From NCBI RefSeq assembly GCF_000022265.1, contig NC_011979.1, positions 660,001-692,000 on the forward strand: a stretch of DNA of 32,000 bases, given 5' to 3'. Both the position numbers and the translations under genes were made by a program. Below, piece by piece: positions 24,665-32,000 of this stretch. Each line of letters begins with the position of its first letter. Position 1 is the stretch's first letter. This stretch comes from Geotalea daltonii FRC-32 (GTDB taxonomy: Bacteria; Desulfobacterota; Desulfuromonadia; Geobacterales; Geobacteraceae). The notes below the pieces were generated by a model that worked only from the letters and a program-made list of their open reading frames with translations, made no database searches and was not told where the DNA came from.

Positions 24665-24695
24665 GGTGAAGCTATGTCTAACTAGCTGAAACTAA

Positions 24696-24968
24696 TTACT
24701 TTTTGTGACACTCGCCACATTTGGTCGGACCGGCTTTTTTCTCTTCGTGGCAGCCCTTGCACAGTTTGTGTGCGGCATCCTTGTTGAAATTCTCAATCTT
24801 ACCGGTCTTATCCCCATGGCAGACTTTGCATTCCTTAAGGGTTTCCTGGTGTTTCTTGTGATTGAAGGTGACATTGCCGTTCTTTGCCTCGAGGGTAATG
24901 GTGTCCGCTGCCATGGAGGCACCTGCTGCAAACATTACCAATGCTGCTGCTGCGATCAGTTTTTTCAT
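24696..24968 (-). CDS. PpcA-family periplasmic triheme cytochrome c7 (paralogue)
   Basis: 90 aa with a signal peptide ending SMA-AD, and three CXXCH motifs (CKVCH, CKGCH, CGECH). Its C-terminus AAHKLCKGCHEEKKAGPTKCGECHKK is nearly identical in protein sequence to that of 21203-21472. Confidence 0.9.
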   Translation of the reverse strand: MKKLIAAAALVMFAAGASMAADTITLEAKNGNVTFNHKKHQETLKECKVCHGDKTGKIENFNKDAAHKLCKGCHEEKKAGPTKCGECHKK

Positions 24969-25145
24969 TTTTTACTCTCCTCTTTTTGGTTGATGTTTCT
25001 GCACTATGGTGTTTAAAAAATACCATACGCGTGGTAGTGTAGGTATGGACATCTATAGTAATTCCACCCGATGTCGGGTGCCAAACGATCAAAATAAAGG
25101 GAAAAAGCCGGTTTCAACGAGGGGGAGTTGTTAAAATAAATTCAT

Positions 25146-26075
25146 ATGGAAAATTTATCAGATAAAAATGAAAAAGCAACTTCGGGCAGTGTCGCCATCG
25201 AAGGTGTAACCATAAAAACGGTCCGCGAGACGAAAAAGCTTACCCAGCTCTATGTGGCAAGCGTGGTAGGCGTCACCACCGATACCATCTCCCGTTGGGA
25301 AAACAACCGCTATCCGACCATCAAGAGGGAAAATGCCGAGAAACTGGCCATGGCGCTGGAAGTGAACCTTGATGAGATACTTCGTCATGAAACTGCCTGT
25401 CCGTCGGAAGAGGTCGTCGAAAACGAACTGCCTCAACCAAAGAAAAAAAACCGGCGCGGTCTTCTGCTGGCGATATTGATCATCGCCCTTATTATAATTG
25501 CCGCTTTTTTTATCCTTTCCAATATGTCTTCTCCTGTGGCCGCTGTGAGATGGATACCGAAATACTCTGCCCCTGGAGAGCTGATGCCGGTCCAGATAAC
25601 GGTGAACAGGATGGACAATACCAGCCGGGGCCTGATCATCAAGGAGAAGCTTCCACCCGGTTGGCGTCTCGTCAATGCAATGCCTCCAGCTGCATCGGGC
25701 AAAGCTCCTTCGGAAGAGATAAAGTGGCTTATTCCCGGCGGTAGCGGTGCGGTGAGGATTTCCTACGTGGTGCAACTGCCCCAGGATGCGGCACTCGATA
25801 CTCGCGCCGAGCTGCATGGAACCATTTTCGTCCATACCGGCAGTATCAATCGTGCTGAAGCCATAAAAGGCAACGACAGGGTCACCATTGCCCCTCTCCA
25901 CTGGGCTGACAGCAATGGCGACAGCCGGATAGACGACAGCGAAATCATGCCCGCCTATTATATTACCGAGGAGATGAAAAGTCTGGCGCTGGACTGGAGC
26001 GGGATCGAAGCCATCTGGAGTGGAAGTGGATACAGCTGGGATCAGACCAGGAAGGAGTTCAAGGTTACCAAATGA
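25146..26075 (+). CDS. membrane-anchored XRE-type HTH domain protein
   Basis: N-terminal HTH (KKLTQLYVASVVGVTTDTISRWENN), one TM segment (LLLAILIIALIIIAAFFIL), and an extracytoplasmic domain with an EF-hand/dockerin-like loop DSNGDSRIDDSE. Confidence 0.8.
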   Translation: MENLSDKNEKATSGSVAIEGVTIKTVRETKKLTQLYVASVVGVTTDTISRWENNRYPTIKRENAEKLAMALEVNLDEILRHETACPSEEVVENELPQPKKKNRRGLLLAILIIALIIIAAFFILSNMSSPVAAVRWIPKYSAPGELMPVQITVNRMDNTSRGLIIKEKLPPGWRLVNAMPPAASGKAPSEEIKWLIPGGSGAVRISYVVQLPQDAALDTRAELHGTIFVHTGSINRAEAIKGNDRVTIAPLHWADSNGDSRIDDSEIMPAYYITEEMKSLALDWSGIEAIWSGSGYSWDQTRKEFKVTK

Positions 26076-26088
26076 GGCTTAGCCCCTG

Positions 26089-27078
26089 ATGCTTAACGGA
26101 AAAAAACGCTACAATATCTTTTCCGAGGAACTGAAGAGGGTTTTCGGCTGCCGTGTCCATCGTATTTCCGTGGATGCCGGCTTCAGCTGCCCGAACCGTG
26201 ACGGCACCGTTGGCAACACCGGTTGCATTTATTGCGGTGGTTCAGGCTCCGGTTCCTTCGGCATCATCCGCGGCGCATCCATTGCAGAGCAGCTGGAGCA
26301 CGGCAAAGAAGTGATGACCAGGAAATACAAGGCAAAGAAGTTTCTCGCCTATTTTCAGCCCTATTCCAATACCTTTGCCACACCTGGTCGCCTGCAGGCC
26401 CTCTACGACCAAGCATTGGCAGTGGAAGATGTGGTCGGACTCATTGTCGGCACCCGTCCCGATTGCCTGCCTGCAGAAACACTTGATGTCCTGGCATCTT
26501 ACGCACGAAAGACTTATTTCTGGCTTGAGCTGGGTCTACAGTCCCACCTGGACCGCACGCTGAGCCTGATTCGTCGGGGCCACGACTTCGCTTCGTTCGT
26601 CAGGGGGATAAAGGAGTGCAAGGCGAGGCAGATCAAGGTCTGCGCCCACATCATCCTCGGGCTGCCAGGAGAGACACGGGAAGAGATGCTGGCTGGCGCC
26701 CAGGTCCTCAACGATCTGGGCGTGGATGGGGTGAAGCTGCATCTTCTCCATGTGATGCGGGATACGGCCCTGGCCGATGAATATCAGCAGGGAAGGGTAA
26801 GGATTCTCGATCGGGACGAATACGTGGGACTGGTCTGCGATTTTCTCGAACTGCTGGATCCCGCCATCAGCGTTCAGCGCCTGACCGGCGACGGCAACAG
26901 AGACCATCTCCTCGCGCCGCTCTGGTCACTGCAGAAATTCGAGGTATTGAATACTATCGATAGTGAGCTGGTGCGAAGGGGCACTTGCCAAGGTTCAACG
27001 TTCGATGTTCGATGTTCGATGTTCAAAAGGGAGGATGTTTTGCAACCTCGAACCTCAAACTCCGAACGTCGAACTTAA
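26089..27078 (+). CDS. TIGR01212-family radical SAM protein (YhcC-like)
   Basis: Characteristic CPNRDGTVGNTGCIYCG cluster motif, then LAYFQPYSNT and ELGLQS. The last 30 or so codons run through a heptad repeat, so they may not be native. Confidence 0.88.
   Translation: MLNGKKRYNIFSEELKRVFGCRVHRISVDAGFSCPNRDGTVGNTGCIYCGGSGSGSFGIIRGASIAEQLEHGKEVMTRKYKAKKFLAYFQPYSNTFATPGRLQALYDQALAVEDVVGLIVGTRPDCLPAETLDVLASYARKTYFWLELGLQSHLDRTLSLIRRGHDFASFVRGIKECKARQIKVCAHIILGLPGETREEMLAGAQVLNDLGVDGVKLHLLHVMRDTALADEYQQGRVRILDRDEYVGLVCDFLELLDPAISVQRLTGDGNRDHLLAPLWSLQKFEVLNTIDSELVRRGTCQGSTFDVRCSMFKREDVLQPRTSNSERRT
26993..27076. repeat. heptad-phased imperfect inverted repeat (GTTCRAN x5 / CRAACNT x5)
   Basis: Left arm 26993-27027: GTTCAAC, GTTCGAT x3, GTTCAAA. 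Loop 27028-27041. Right arm 27042-27076: GCAACCT CGAACCT CAAACTC CGAACGT CGAACTT. It sits at the convergent gene junction. Confidence 0.85.
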
Positions 27079-28319
27079 AAAGGGTACCCCAGCCCGACGA
27101 AAACCGCCGGTCCTTCCTTGCCGATCCCCAAATCCACCCTGCCGACGATGTTGGGGCGGACCACCGCCCGGAAGCCGATGCCGGGGTTGAACTCGAAGCT
27201 CCTGGTGCTGGCCTTGTCCAGTCTTTCCATGACTGCTCCGAGATCTATGAACGGGGCAATCTCCCAATCCGCATTGACATCGAAAATTTCCCAACGGAAC
27301 AGCCTGATCCGCTCCTCCAGATTGAGGAGAAAATAACTGCTGTCGATAAAACGGTTGCGGCCGTAACCTCTCAATGTCGTTTCCCCACCTAGAATACTTC
27401 TTTCCAAAAAAGGCACGTCATGCCCCAGAGTCTGATTGTAGGCCAGCCGGCCGACGCTGATGAACTTCGCATTCATCAGGGGGTAATAGGCTTTCATCTC
27501 CGCCTCGTAATGGCGGTAGTCGGCACTGCTGCCGAGCCTTTTCACGCTGGCTTCCACTGCGACCCTGGCATATCCTCCCCAAGTGGGCAGAGTGGGTGAA
27601 TCCAGCGTGGAATAGACAATTCCCAATTTCTGGGCATGGGCAGTGAAGCCGTCCATACCCGGCACCTCGGCCGGATCGAACTTTTCACGGATAAAGGGTA
27701 CCTTTGTGATGGCCCCATGCTTTATATCCACCTTCTTGAAGCGCTCGCCGACAACCAATTGGACATGCCTGAAAATTTGATAACCGGCGGAAAGATTGAA
27801 GCCGGTTTCTTGATCGGCATAATTTGTTTCATTTGCTTTCTGGCTGGTTTGCTGAAAGCCGAAAAAACGGGCCGAGCCGTCGGTCAGGGAGAAGAGAAAA
27901 GCATTCAGCTCCAGCTTCTTGTCGAGCAGGGTACTGTCACGCAGCTTGAATTCAAAATCTTCATTGACCTTGGTTGACTTGGAGAGGGCCACCTCCCAAT
28001 AGCGGTCTTCCACTGGATAAAAGGTGGCAAAGAGAGTCGCCGTGGTGCCGAAGTTTTTGTTGTAGTTGACCTGGGGGGCGACGAGGGTGCTGACCTCTTC
28101 TTTTTTGTTGTGGAGCAGAAAAGCGGTCAGAGCTCCGAAGGTAATTCCTTCATTGGGACTGGAAGCAATGATCGGCAGAGGAATGGAAACAACCTTTACC
28201 GGATCGGCAAATTCCTGGTTGGTCAGGGGAAAGGGCAGATTCTCCTTTGGCGCCATGGTGGTGCAACCGGCGAGGAATAAGGCCGTTATCAGAAGTAAAA
28301 GGAGGTTTTTCAGGGACAT
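27075..28319 (-). CDS. Omp85/BamA-like (bacterial surface antigen domain) outer membrane protein with a lipoprotein-type signal
   Basis: I chose the start at MSLKNLLLLLITALFLAGC (lipobox LAGC), preceded by AAAGGAGG. Alternating beta-strand pattern. C-terminal ...VGLGYPF, with the terminal Phe typical of OMP barrels. Confidence 0.8.
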   Translation of the reverse strand: MSLKNLLLLLITALFLAGCTTMAPKENLPFPLTNQEFADPVKVVSIPLPIIASSPNEGITFGALTAFLLHNKKEEVSTLVAPQVNYNKNFGTTATLFATFYPVEDRYWEVALSKSTKVNEDFEFKLRDSTLLDKKLELNAFLFSLTDGSARFFGFQQTSQKANETNYADQETGFNLSAGYQIFRHVQLVVGERFKKVDIKHGAITKVPFIREKFDPAEVPGMDGFTAHAQKLGIVYSTLDSPTLPTWGGYARVAVEASVKRLGSSADYRHYEAEMKAYYPLMNAKFISVGRLAYNQTLGHDVPFLERSILGGETTLRGYGRNRFIDSSYFLLNLEERIRLFRWEIFDVNADWEIAPFIDLGAVMERLDKASTRSFEFNPGIGFRAVVRPNIVGRVDLGIGKEGPAVFVGLGYPF

Positions 28320-28584
28320 TGGGGTTTCTTTCAGCGGAGAGAGTAAAAAAGAAGAAAATATATAGCCATCTCTGGTTATTTTCAACAAAAATATAGAGTT
28401 GTCTTGCCTTGGCGCCTGGAACCAGGGGCAATTATCGGGTTATCCCACAAGGTCAAAATCTTGACCTTGAGTTATTCAAAATGCCGTCTTTTGCGAATGT
28501 ATTTCCCCAAAGATCTACTCAAAAACTGGCCGTTATTCTCACTTCTACCCTTCCCGTGGCCGCCAGCAGGGCATTTTCTCCGGA

Positions 28585-28600
28585 TGGCACAACGGTTGCA
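28585..28600 (+). promoter_or_regulatory. sigma-54 (RpoN) promoter upstream of flhA
   Basis: TGGCAC-aacgg-TTGCA matches the -24/-12 consensus TGGCAC-N5-TTGCW exactly. It lies 52 nt upstream of the flhA ATG. Confidence 0.65.
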
Positions 28601-28651
28601 CAAATGACTGCGCAGTTGAAAAGCCCATGATTTTTCAGAGGAATTTCAAAT

Positions 28652-30733
28652 ATGGCGCCGGCAGCAGAAGCAATCGACATACAGCCTTACCGGAAAAACT
28701 CCGACATCTATATGGCGGTTGCGCTCATCGGCATCCTTTCCCTGATGATTATCCCTCTGCCTGCCTTCGTTCTTGATGTCTTTCTTGCGGCCAATATCAC
28801 CATTGCCCTGGTAATCCTGCTGGTCAGCCTCTACACCATCCAGGCCCTGGACTTCTCCATCTTCCCATCCATCCTCCTGATAACCACATTATTCCGCCTG
28901 GCACTGAACATCGCTTCCACCCGTCTGATCCTGCTCCATGGAAGTGAAGGGGCCGAGGCTGCCGGTGCTGTCATCAAGGCTTTCGGCCTTTTTGTCGTCG
29001 GCGGCAACTATGTGGTCGGTGCCGTAATCTTCCTTATTCTTGTTGTCATCAATTTTGTCGTCATAACCAAAGGCGCCGGACGGGTGGCGGAGGTCGCCGC
29101 CCGCTTCACCCTCGATGCCATGCCGGGCAAGCAGATGGCTATCGATGCCGATCTGTCCAACGGCCTCATCACCGACAAGGAAGCCAAAGCCCGCCGGTCT
29201 AAAATTTCCCGTGAGGCGGACTTCTACGGCTCTATGGACGGTGCCAGCAAGTTCGTCAGGGGGGACGCCGTTGCCGGCATCCTCATCATGCTCATCAACA
29301 TCATCGGTGGCTTCGTCATAGGCGTTTGGCAGCAGGGGATGGAACTGGCCGCCGCCCTGTCCAATTATACACTGCTGACGGTGGGGGAGGGACTGGTTGC
29401 TCAAATACCGGCACTGATCATATCCACCGCCGCCGGCATCATCGTTACCCGCTCCGCAGACGAAAAGAACTTCGGGCATGAGATTTCCGGCCAGCTTCTG
29501 AACTATCCCAAGGCTTTTTACATCGCCTCCGGCGTCATGTTTGTGTTTGCACTGATCCCCGGCCTGCCGCACTTCCCGTTCCTGCTCATTTCCGGGGCAG
29601 CCTTCATGGCCGGGCGGTTGGCGGTTGAGAAAAAAGAGGTGCAACAGGAGGAGATGACGGCAGCGGGTGCCCTGGAACCGGAGGACGCCGATCAGATCAG
29701 CTCCATTCGTCCGCTGGATATGCTGGAGCTTGAAGTGGGATACGGGCTGGTACCGATGGTGGATGCGGCCCAGAACGGGGAGCTCCTGGACAGGATTCGC
29801 TCCATCCGCAAACAGTACGCCCAGCGTATGGGTTTCATTGTCCCCCCCATCCATATCCACGACAACCTGCAGTTGAAGCCCTACGAATACAACATTATGA
29901 TCAACGGCGCCAAGGTGAGCGGCGGCGAGCTGAACGGACAGTATCTGGCCATGGACGCCGGTAGCGCCTCGGGTAACCTTGAAGGCACACGCACCACTGA
30001 ACCGGTTTTCGGCCTCCCCGCCATCTGGATCAAGGGCCGGGACCGGGAACAGGCCCAGGTTTATGGCTATACCGTGGTTGACAACACAACCATACTGGCT
30101 ACCCACATCAGCGAGATCATCAAGAAACACGCCCACGAACTGGTGGGCCGCCAGGAGCTGCAGCAGCTTCTGGACAGCCTGTCTTCGACGCTGCCCAAGG
30201 TGGTCGAAGAGCTGGTTCCCTCGTTGCTGAGCCTGGGTACGGTTTTGCGGGTGGTCAAGAACCTGCTTCGGGAAAACGTCTCCATCCGCGACCTGCGCTC
30301 GATTCTGGAAACCCTTGCCGATTACGGCGGGGTAACCAAGGACCCGGAAACCCTGACCGAGTTTGTCCGCCAGAGCCTCGGCCGCTACATTGTCGAACAG
30401 TACAAGAGGGAGGATGATACCCTCTGGGTTCTCACTCTCGACCGTGAGGTGGAGGAATCAATCGCCGATGCGGTACAGATATCAGAGCAGGGGAGCTATC
30501 TGGCCATCGAACCGGCCACCGCCCAGAAAATTCTGGCCGCGATACGCAAGGCGGCTGAGAAATTCGACCAGACCGGGACGGCGCCGGTGGTGATTGCCTC
30601 CCCCAGCGTCAGAAGGCATATGAAGAAACTGACCGACCGTTACATGCCGAATCTTGCGGTGATCTCCCATAATGAAATCCCGCCCAGCATAAAAATCCAA
30701 TCGATAGGGATGGTGAGTCTCGATGCTAGTTAA
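28652..30733 (+). CDS. flhA: flagellar biosynthesis protein FlhA (type III export gate)
   Basis: 693 aa. FPSILLITTLFRLALNIASTR, VVGGNYVVG, RFTLDAMPGKQMAIDADL and FYGSMDGASKFVRGDA are FHIPEP signatures. Confidence 0.95.
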   Translation: MAPAAEAIDIQPYRKNSDIYMAVALIGILSLMIIPLPAFVLDVFLAANITIALVILLVSLYTIQALDFSIFPSILLITTLFRLALNIASTRLILLHGSEGAEAAGAVIKAFGLFVVGGNYVVGAVIFLILVVINFVVITKGAGRVAEVAARFTLDAMPGKQMAIDADLSNGLITDKEAKARRSKISREADFYGSMDGASKFVRGDAVAGILIMLINIIGGFVIGVWQQGMELAAALSNYTLLTVGEGLVAQIPALIISTAAGIIVTRSADEKNFGHEISGQLLNYPKAFYIASGVMFVFALIPGLPHFPFLLISGAAFMAGRLAVEKKEVQQEEMTAAGALEPEDADQISSIRPLDMLELEVGYGLVPMVDAAQNGELLDRIRSIRKQYAQRMGFIVPPIHIHDNLQLKPYEYNIMINGAKVSGGELNGQYLAMDAGSASGNLEGTRTTEPVFGLPAIWIKGRDREQAQVYGYTVVDNTTILATHISEIIKKHAHELVGRQELQQLLDSLSSTLPKVVEELVPSLLSLGTVLRVVKNLLRENVSIRDLRSILETLADYGGVTKDPETLTEFVRQSLGRYIVEQYKREDDTLWVLTLDREVEESIADAVQISEQGSYLAIEPATAQKILAAIRKAAEKFDQTGTAPVVIASPSVRRHMKKLTDRYMPNLAVISHNEIPPSIKIQSIGMVSLDAS

Positions 30734-32000
30734 AACATTTCAGGCGGCAGATATGTCGGAGGCCTTGAAGATGGTCAAGGCCGAAATGGGGCTGGATGCA
30801 ATGATCCTCTCTTCGAAACAGGAGCGGCGCAGGGGAATTCTCGGCTTTTTCTCCAAACCTTACTTCGAAGTAACGGCAGCTCTGGAACAGAAAAAAGTCC
30901 AACGCCCTGTTCATTACCAGGAAAAACCTGAGCGTGAACTGAGCACCAGGGAAGAGTTCCAGAATTCCATGCTGGCGCCTCTGGCTCGGGAACTGCGGGA
31001 GCTGAGGGAGCGGGTTGAAGTGCTGGCAAAGAAGGATGCCGAAAAAAAGGAGGCCCTTTCCTCGACGGCAGCGGAAAAGTCTGAAGACGAGATCAAGCCA
31101 TTTCAACCGCAAAAGGAGGGGACTGCTCCCCGGATTTTTGCCAGGGAGGATATGGAAGAGATAAAGAAACTGCTGCTCAATGCGGTTGCAGCCAAGGAGG
31201 AGAAAGGGTCGAAGCCGGTATCGTTCCCGGTGGTCAGCACCGAGGATAAGGTGTGTGTCAAAAATTTGGCTGACGACTGCGAACTATCTGATGAAGCGCT
31301 GGAGCTTTTGGCCAATGAGCTGCGTTCGGAAGAGGTCGGCACCGACAGCATTCATGCCCTGCTTGAGCTGATCAGGCCTGCAGCCGAACTGGGTGAAGAG
31401 TTGGAGGCGCTGAGGGAGCGGCTTGTTGATGCCTTTGCCGGGATCATCAAATGTTCCGGCCCCTTGCGTCTCAGAAAGACCGGCCCGCGCATCATGGCCA
31501 CAGTAGGCCCCACCGGGGTCGGCAAGACCACCACCATAGCCAAGCTGGCCGCCATGTACGCCCTGAACCGCGGGGCGCGTGTCGCCATGGTCACCACCGA
31601 TAATTTCAGGGTCGGCGCCGTTGAGCAGCTGAAGACCTATTCCAAAATAATGGATGTGCCGCTGGAAGTGGCCGCCACTGCCAAGGAGCTTGAGGCTGTT
31701 TTGGCGAAACATGCGGACAAGGACCTGATCCTCATCGATACGGCCGGCAGAAGTCCCAAAGACCGGGAAAAGCTGGAGGAACTGAAGGTCTACCTGGAAT
31801 CCTGTCCCGGCATCGAGACCTATCTCTGTATTTCCGCCACCACCAGAGACCGGGAGATGAATGAAATCGTCGCCCAATACAGCCTGCTTCCCATTACCCG
31901 ACTGCTCTTCACCAAGCTTGATGAGAGCGAAAGTTACGGCTGTATTGTCAACGCCCAAGTGCGTAACAGGTTTCCGCTTTCCTATTTCACCACTGGACAG
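30723..32000 (+). CDS. flhF: flagellar biosynthesis GTPase FlhF (5' part; runs off the window)
   Basis: Not in the ORF track because there is no stop in the window. MLVKTFQAADMSEALKMVKAEMGLDAMILS..., then the SRP-type GTPase motifs VGPTGVGKTTTIAKLA and LIDTAGRS. The ATG at 30723 overlaps flhA by 11 nt. Confidence 0.9.
   Translation, partial: MLVKTFQAADMSEALKMVKAEMGLDAMILSSKQERRRGILGFFSKPYFEVTAALEQKKVQRPVHYQEKPERELSTREEFQNSMLAPLARELRELRERVEVLAKKDAEKKEALSSTAAEKSEDEIKPFQPQKEGTAPRIFAREDMEEIKKLLLNAVAAKEEKGSKPVSFPVVSTEDKVCVKNLADDCELSDEALELLANELRSEEVGTDSIHALLELIRPAAELGEELEALRERLVDAFAGIIKCSGPLRLRKTGPRIMATVGPTGVGKTTTIAKLAAMYALNRGARVAMVTTDNFRVGAVEQLKTYSKIMDVPLEVAATAKELEAVLAKHADKDLILIDTAGRSPKDREKLEELKVYLESCPGIETYLCISATTRDREMNEIVAQYSLLPITRLLFTKLDESESYGCIVNAQVRNRFPLSYFTTGQ

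Noticed and set aside
28404-28630. Two overlapping 67- and 73-aa ORFs upstream of flhA.
   Set aside because: They have no RBS and overlap each other in different frames. They cover the sigma-54 promoter and palindromes, so the region is better read as regulatory.

Overview
The window looks like a Geobacter-type (Desulfuromonadota) chromosome segment. The taxon call is an inference from two PpcA-like triheme c7 cytochromes, the gene content and roughly 60% GC in the core; no database search was possible.

The window has two parts.

(1) Positions 1 to about 9165 are the integrase-proximal arm of an integrated mobile island.
- A 621-aa large serine recombinase gene starts about 60 bp from a radC gene that is cut off just before its JAB catalytic core.
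- Most of the island is clearly more AT-rich than the core.
- Cargo I can recognise: a ThiF/MoeB E1-like adenylyltransferase coupled to a gene cut by the window edge; a small serine resolvase coupled to an unknown 229-aa protein; a minimal HUH rolling-circle Rep/relaxase-type protein with an RHH partner; and an XRE repressor with a three-operator switch facing two lipoprotein genes.
- Cargo I cannot recognise: two tandem acidic paralogues and a small gene downstream of the integrase.
- The left end of the island lies outside the window.

(2) Positions about 9160 to 32000 are conserved housekeeping genes: truncated radC, uppP, a DUF47/PhoU-like gene plus a PiT phosphate transporter, a DUF2062 gene, proB-proA-nadD-rsfS-rlmH-gpmI, an iron-sulfur flavoprotein, a LUD-domain protein, comF, two c7 cytochromes flanking a membrane protein and a JAB-fused DinG-like helicase, an HTH membrane protein, a TIGR01212-type radical SAM protein, an Omp85-like outer membrane protein, and flhA with the start of flhF.

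Non-coding oddities in the core:
- a three-block 7-bp microsatellite between proA and nadD;
- a heptad-phased imperfect hairpin at a convergent gene junction;
- a multi-stem spacer splitting proB from proA;
- a consensus sigma-54 promoter in front of flhA.

I cannot name a complete known defence system here. The best candidates for something undescribed are the island modules: the E1 operon tail, the paralogue pair with HUH/RHH, and the repressor-controlled lipoproteins. All product calls come from motif recognition by eye, not from searches.
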